From IMG/VR virus record IMGVR_UViG_2703718818_000011: a stretch of DNA of 11,293 nucleotides; one strand, 5' to 3'. This stretch comes from a virus (taxonomy: Duplodnaviria; Heunggongvirae; Uroviricota; Caudoviricetes). A program made the position numbers and the translations under genes. Position 1 is the first letter of the stretch. Each line of letters begins with the position of its first letter. This document shows positions 8,145 through 11,293 of the stretch, one piece after another. Below the pieces are notes generated by a model. It saw only the letters and a program-made list of their open reading frames with translations, was not told the origin of the DNA and ran no database searches.

Positions 8145-8395
8145 AGATCCACCCCGTAAATCCAGTCAGTGTTTGTCAGGTCGAGTTTTGGTTTGCCGAC
8201 TGTCACGCCAGCCTGTTGCTTGTTCCGGTTGATTTCGAGCTGGGTCCACTTGTCGCGGAGTTTGGCCGGACTCAGCACGTTACCGGACCAGAAGTTGTCC
8301 TGGCAGGCCCAGCGGAACAGTACACACATGTCGCGGTGGTTACGTCCATCACGTTCACGCATCAGACGGATATCGTTAGGCGCGATCACTTTCGT
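8141..8395 (-). pseudogene. O: C-terminal fragment (~83 codons) of replication initiator O; the N-terminal origin-binding part and the ori iterons are absent
   Basis: Translation ...IAPNDIRLMRERDGRNHRDMCVLFRWACQDNFWSGNVLSPAKLRDKWTQLEINRNKQQAGVTVGKPKLDLTNTDWIYGVDL matches the P-interacting C-terminus of lambda O as remembered, overlapping the P start. The frame is closed by an in-frame TAG just upstream (~8396-8398). Confidence 0.65.
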
Positions 8396-8503
8396 CTACT
8401 CCATTACAAAGCGAGGCTGGGTATTTCCCGGCCTTTCTGTTATCAGAAATCCACTGAAAGCACAGCGGCTGGCTGAGAAGATAAATAACAAACAGGAGGA
8501 TAT

Positions 8504-9568
8504 ATGAGTCAGGTTGGTAATCATTCATTCGAATTTCCGGCATCGCAAGGTGTACAGGGTGGTACTGTTACACTCTTCCTTACCATACCAGGAAGATCGC
8601 TGGCTCGTTTCCTCGCTTCAGATAATTACGGCCATACACTGGAACGCTCTCAGCGAGAAATTAATCCAAATCGAGTACGAAAATTTTTAAATTATCTCAC
8701 TAACGCAGACTCAAGAAATGAGCCTTTTATCATTCCCCCTCTCGTAGGTAACTGTGATTCGAATATAGAATTTGTACCGTTTGGCAACACAAATGTTGGT
8801 ATAGCCAGAATTCCCCTCGACGCCGAAATAAAACTTTTTGATGGTCAACATCGTGCAGCTGGCATTGAGATATTTTGCCGAAGTTCCCCATCAACGCTCA
8901 TGGTTCCCATGATGCTTACAATGAATCTGCCGCTAAAAACCCGGCAGCAGTTCTTTTCGGACATAAATAACAACGTTTCTAAGCCATCAGCGACCATCAA
9001 TATGGCGTATAACGGCCGGGATGATATTGCTCAGGGAATGATATCCTTCCTGACCCAACATACTGTATTTGCCGATATAACCGATTTTGAACACAACGTA
9101 GTGCCATTAAAAAGTAATATGTGGGTGAGTTTCAAGGCACTCACTGATGCAACGTCAAAGTTCGCTAGGAACGGCAATCAACAACTTGAAATGGGATATA
9201 TAGAATCTGTCTGGGAGGCATGGATTACACTAACTCAGATTGACTCAATCCGACATGGTGTACACCACGCTACGTACAAGCGCGATTATATTCAGTTCCA
9301 TGGAGTAATGATTAACGCTTTCGGTTTTGCGGTTCAACAGATGATGGTTAATCATTCCATCGCAGAAATAACTTCTATGATCGAAAAACTATGTGCAACT
9401 ACCAGCTCTGCAGAAAGAGAGGATTTTTTTCTGATGGATAACTGGGCGGGGATCTGCACGAAAGCCAGCCAGGAAAAACTATCTGTTATTGCCAATGTGG
9501 CAGCGCAGAAAGCAGCAGCAAACAGACTGATACAAGCTTTTACCAAAGGAAGTCTGGAAACAACTTAA
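8504..9568 (+). CDS. DGQHR-motif protein (DndB-like family), 354 aa; orphan, with no dnd/dpd partner genes in the window
   Basis: Complete ORF with a strong Shine-Dalgarno (AGGAGG at 8494-8499) and ATG at 8504. The protein contains the diagnostic motif ..EIKLFDGQHRAAGIE.. at about residues 108-121, and its size is in the DndB range. It is AT-rich relative to the flanking P/O' and xis/int, and is followed by a hairpin plus T-run. Confidence 0.75.
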   Translation: MSQVGNHSFEFPASQGVQGGTVTLFLTIPGRSLARFLASDNYGHTLERSQREINPNRVRKFLNYLTNADSRNEPFIIPPLVGNCDSNIEFVPFGNTNVGIARIPLDAEIKLFDGQHRAAGIEIFCRSSPSTLMVPMMLTMNLPLKTRQQFFSDINNNVSKPSATINMAYNGRDDIAQGMISFLTQHTVFADITDFEHNVVPLKSNMWVSFKALTDATSKFARNGNQQLEMGYIESVWEAWITLTQIDSIRHGVHHATYKRDYIQFHGVMINAFGFAVQQMMVNHSIAEITSMIEKLCATTSSAEREDFFLMDNWAGICTKASQEKLSVIANVAAQKAAANRLIQAFTKGSLETT

Positions 9569-9645
9569 TGAATCAACATTGTCTCATATCAGCATGCTGT
9601 ACGGCGTCTTTAAGGAACGGTGAGCATGAAAAACAAAATCATCAT

Positions 9646-9669
9646 GGAGCTACAGGCTCCTTTTTTATT
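9646..9669 (+). terminator. Candidate rho-independent terminator downstream of the DGQHR gene
   Basis: ggagc (9646-9650) / gctcc (9656-9660) stem with a 5-nt loop, followed by TTTTTTATT (9661-9669). The stem is only 5 bp, so this is a weak terminator. Confidence 0.4.
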
Positions 9670-9782
9670 ATTAATCGGACTTGTGCAAGTTGCCAGGAGG
9701 AGATCGAACTTAAGAACAAACAATGGGGACTGTGATGGCTTCAAAGCAGCAAATTTCAACATCGTCCAACTGAGGTGTAAAA

Positions 9783-10022
9783 ATGTTCAGAATCATTTTT
9801 CCTAACACCTGGTACGTCGACCACCACGGCACTCCCTGCAAAATCCTGCGTTCTACCCACAACAAAGTTCACTACATCCGAAAAGGCAGAACATGTATCG
9901 CCAGCATGTTCCGCTTTAATCATGACTTTGAACCTGTGAATAAAGCTGATGCAGATCGAATAGCAGAAGAGATCGAAACGGCAGAACACATTAAGAAGTT
10001 ACGTGCCATACGCAGGAAATAG
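9783..10022 (+). CDS. Hypothetical small protein, 79 aa, between the DGQHR gene and xis
   Basis: ATG-initiated ORF with a GAGG about 7 nt upstream, on the same strand as xis/int. Small proteins are common directly upstream of xis in lambdoid prophages, but I recognise no motif. Confidence 0.35.
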   Translation: MFRIIFPNTWYVDHHGTPCKILRSTHNKVHYIRKGRTCIASMFRFNHDFEPVNKADADRIAEEIETAEHIKKLRAIRRK

Positions 10023-10161
10023 AAAAATTGATAAATTCAATACTGCATTACTCAGCATTAAATTTATCTCTATGACCAGTCAAGAGATGTACCTGCCATG
10101 AGCTTAATATCATGTCAGATATATCGGTCACAAACTCCCTCAGCAGCTAAGAGGAGGACAA

Positions 10162-10398
10162 ATGTCTCGACTAATCACTTTACAGGACTGGGCTAAAGAA
10201 GAATTTGGGGACTTAGCACCAAGTGAGCGAGTTCTGAAAAAATACGCGCAAGGGAAAATGATGGCCCCACCCGCTATAAAAGTTGGTCGCTACTGGATGA
10301 TTGACCGAAATTCCCGTTTTGTAGGAACGCTTGCAGAACCGCAACTCCCAATAAACGCAAACCCAAAACTCCAACGGATAATCGCTGATGGCTGCTAG
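10162..10398 (+). CDS. xis: Excisionase (lambda Xis-like), 78 aa
   Basis: The N-terminus MSRLITLQDWAKEE... and ...APPAIKVGRYWM.. parallel lambda Xis (MYLTLQEWNA... / ..FPPPVKDGREYL..) as remembered. It has a strong ribosome-binding site (AAGAGGAGG) and overlaps the int start by 11 nt, as in lambda. Confidence 0.7.
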   Translation: MSRLITLQDWAKEEFGDLAPSERVLKKYAQGKMMAPPAIKVGRYWMIDRNSRFVGTLAEPQLPINANPKLQRIIADGC

Positions 10399-11293
10399 AC
10401 CCCGATCTCACAAAATCTCTATACCCAATTTATATTGCAAATTAGATAAGCGAACCGGAAAGGTATATTGGCAATACAAACATCCACTATCCGGTCGTTT
10501 TCATAGCTTAGGAACTGATGAGAATGAAGCAAAACAAGTTGCTACTGAAGCAAATACCATTATTGCTGAACAACGTACCAGACAAATATTAAGCGTCAAT
10601 GAGCGTCTGGAAAGAATGAAAGGCAGGCGCTCAGACATTACGGTGACAGAATGGCTTGATAAATATATTTCTATCCAGGAGGACAGGCTGCAACATAATG
10701 AACTAAGACCCAACTCCTATCGGCAAAAAGGCAAACCCATTCGTCTTTTCCGTGAGCATTGTGGAATGCAACACCTCAAGGATATTACCGCACTTGATAT
10801 TGCCGAAATAATTGATGCTGTAAAGGCTGAAGGTCATAACAGGATGGCGCAAGTCGTGAGAATGGTGTTGATCGACGTCTTCAAAGAAGCACAACACGCA
10901 GGACATGTTCCGCCAGGATTTAACCCTGCGCAGGCAACAAAACAACCGCGAAATCGAGTAAACCGCCAAAGATTGTCACTGCTCGAATGGCAGGCAATAT
11001 TTGAAAGCGTAAGCAGACGGCAGCCCTATTTAAAATGCGGCATGCTACTTGCTCTTGTTACTGGACAACGTTTAGGCGATATCTGCAATTTGAAATTCTC
11101 TGATATATGGGACGACATGTTGCACATTACTCAGGAAAAAACCGGTTCAAAACTTGCTATTCCGCTTAACCTGAAATGCGATGCTCTGAATATTACCCTT
11201 CGTGAAGTTATATCTCAGTGCAGGGATGCTGTTGTTAGTAAATATCTGGTCCATTACCGTCACACTACCTCTCAAGCAAACAGAGGAGACTAG
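10388..11293 (+). CDS. int: Lambda-family tyrosine integrase, N-terminal ~300 aa; the frame ends at TAG 11291-11293, before the expected HxxR / H / Y catalytic residues, so it is probably a pseudogene
   Basis: Translation MAARPRSHKISIPNLYCKLDKRTGKVYW... and ...LALVTGQRLGDICNLKFSDI...QEKTGSKLAIPL... aligns by eye to lambda Int (MGRRRSHERRDLPPNLYIRNNGYY..., ..LAVVTGQRVGDLCEMKWSDI..., ..QSKTGVKIAIP..). Lambda Int continues about 55 aa further with FHELRSL...LGHKS...ASQY; here the frame ends ..ANRGD then TAG at the last base of the window. Confidence 0.8.
   Translation: MAARPRSHKISIPNLYCKLDKRTGKVYWQYKHPLSGRFHSLGTDENEAKQVATEANTIIAEQRTRQILSVNERLERMKGRRSDITVTEWLDKYISIQEDRLQHNELRPNSYRQKGKPIRLFREHCGMQHLKDITALDIAEIIDAVKAEGHNRMAQVVRMVLIDVFKEAQHAGHVPPGFNPAQATKQPRNRVNRQRLSLLEWQAIFESVSRRQPYLKCGMLLALVTGQRLGDICNLKFSDIWDDMLHITQEKTGSKLAIPLNLKCDALNITLREVISQCRDAVVSKYLVHYRHTTSQANRGD

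Noticed and set aside
7477-8507. Several plus-strand ORFs (61, 109, 112 and 86 aa) opposite P and O'
   Set aside because: All are antisense to strongly supported P and O coding sequence, with no ribosome-binding sites or recognisable motifs.
9620-9805. 61-aa plus-strand ORF starting inside the terminator region
   Set aside because: It overlaps the hairpin and T-run and the start of the better-supported 79-aa ORF; the translation is low complexity.
10501-10969. Minus-strand ORFs of 70 aa and 88 aa
   Set aside because: Both are antisense to the integrase coding sequence.
1-11293. CRISPR array, tRNA or rRNA genes
   Set aside because: No regularly spaced direct repeats with unique spacers were seen, and no region looks like a tRNA or rRNA. 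The attachment-site tRNA expected for a lambda-type int would lie beyond the 3' end of int, outside this window.

Overview
This window reads as a heavily decayed lambdoid (DLP12-like) prophage remnant from an E. coli-type enterobacterial genome, lying in reverse orientation to the canonical lambda map. All protein identifications are from reading the supplied translations against remembered lambda and E. coli K-12 proteins; no search or alignment was run. Minus strand, left to right: a side tail fibre remnant (stf', 5'-truncated, runs off the window start), an internal fragment of host-specificity protein J, an N-terminal NinB/YbcN fragment, two unrecognised cargo ORFs (169 aa membrane protein; 99 aa), the large serine recombinase YbcK, the SMR efflux pump EmrE, then Ren, replication protein P and a C-terminal fragment of O. 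Plus strand: an AT-rich gene for a 354-aa DGQHR-motif (DndB-like) protein, a weak terminator, a 79-aa ORF, then xis and a lambda-type int that hits an in-frame TAG at the window end before the catalytic C-terminus. Three deletion scars are visible (J'/stf', ninB'/J', truncated O'). The best candidate for an undescribed system is the orphan DGQHR/DndB-like gene sitting where a lambdoid phage carries its immunity and pL accessory genes, with no dnd/dpd partner genes in the window. The second candidate is the 169-aa membrane protein with its own putative promoter, which together with the 99-aa ORF sits where K-12 DLP12 carries ybcL/ybcM. No tRNA, rRNA or CRISPR array was seen. Note that the ORF track treats GTG/TTG as start codons, so several listed 'M' starts are not real ATGs.
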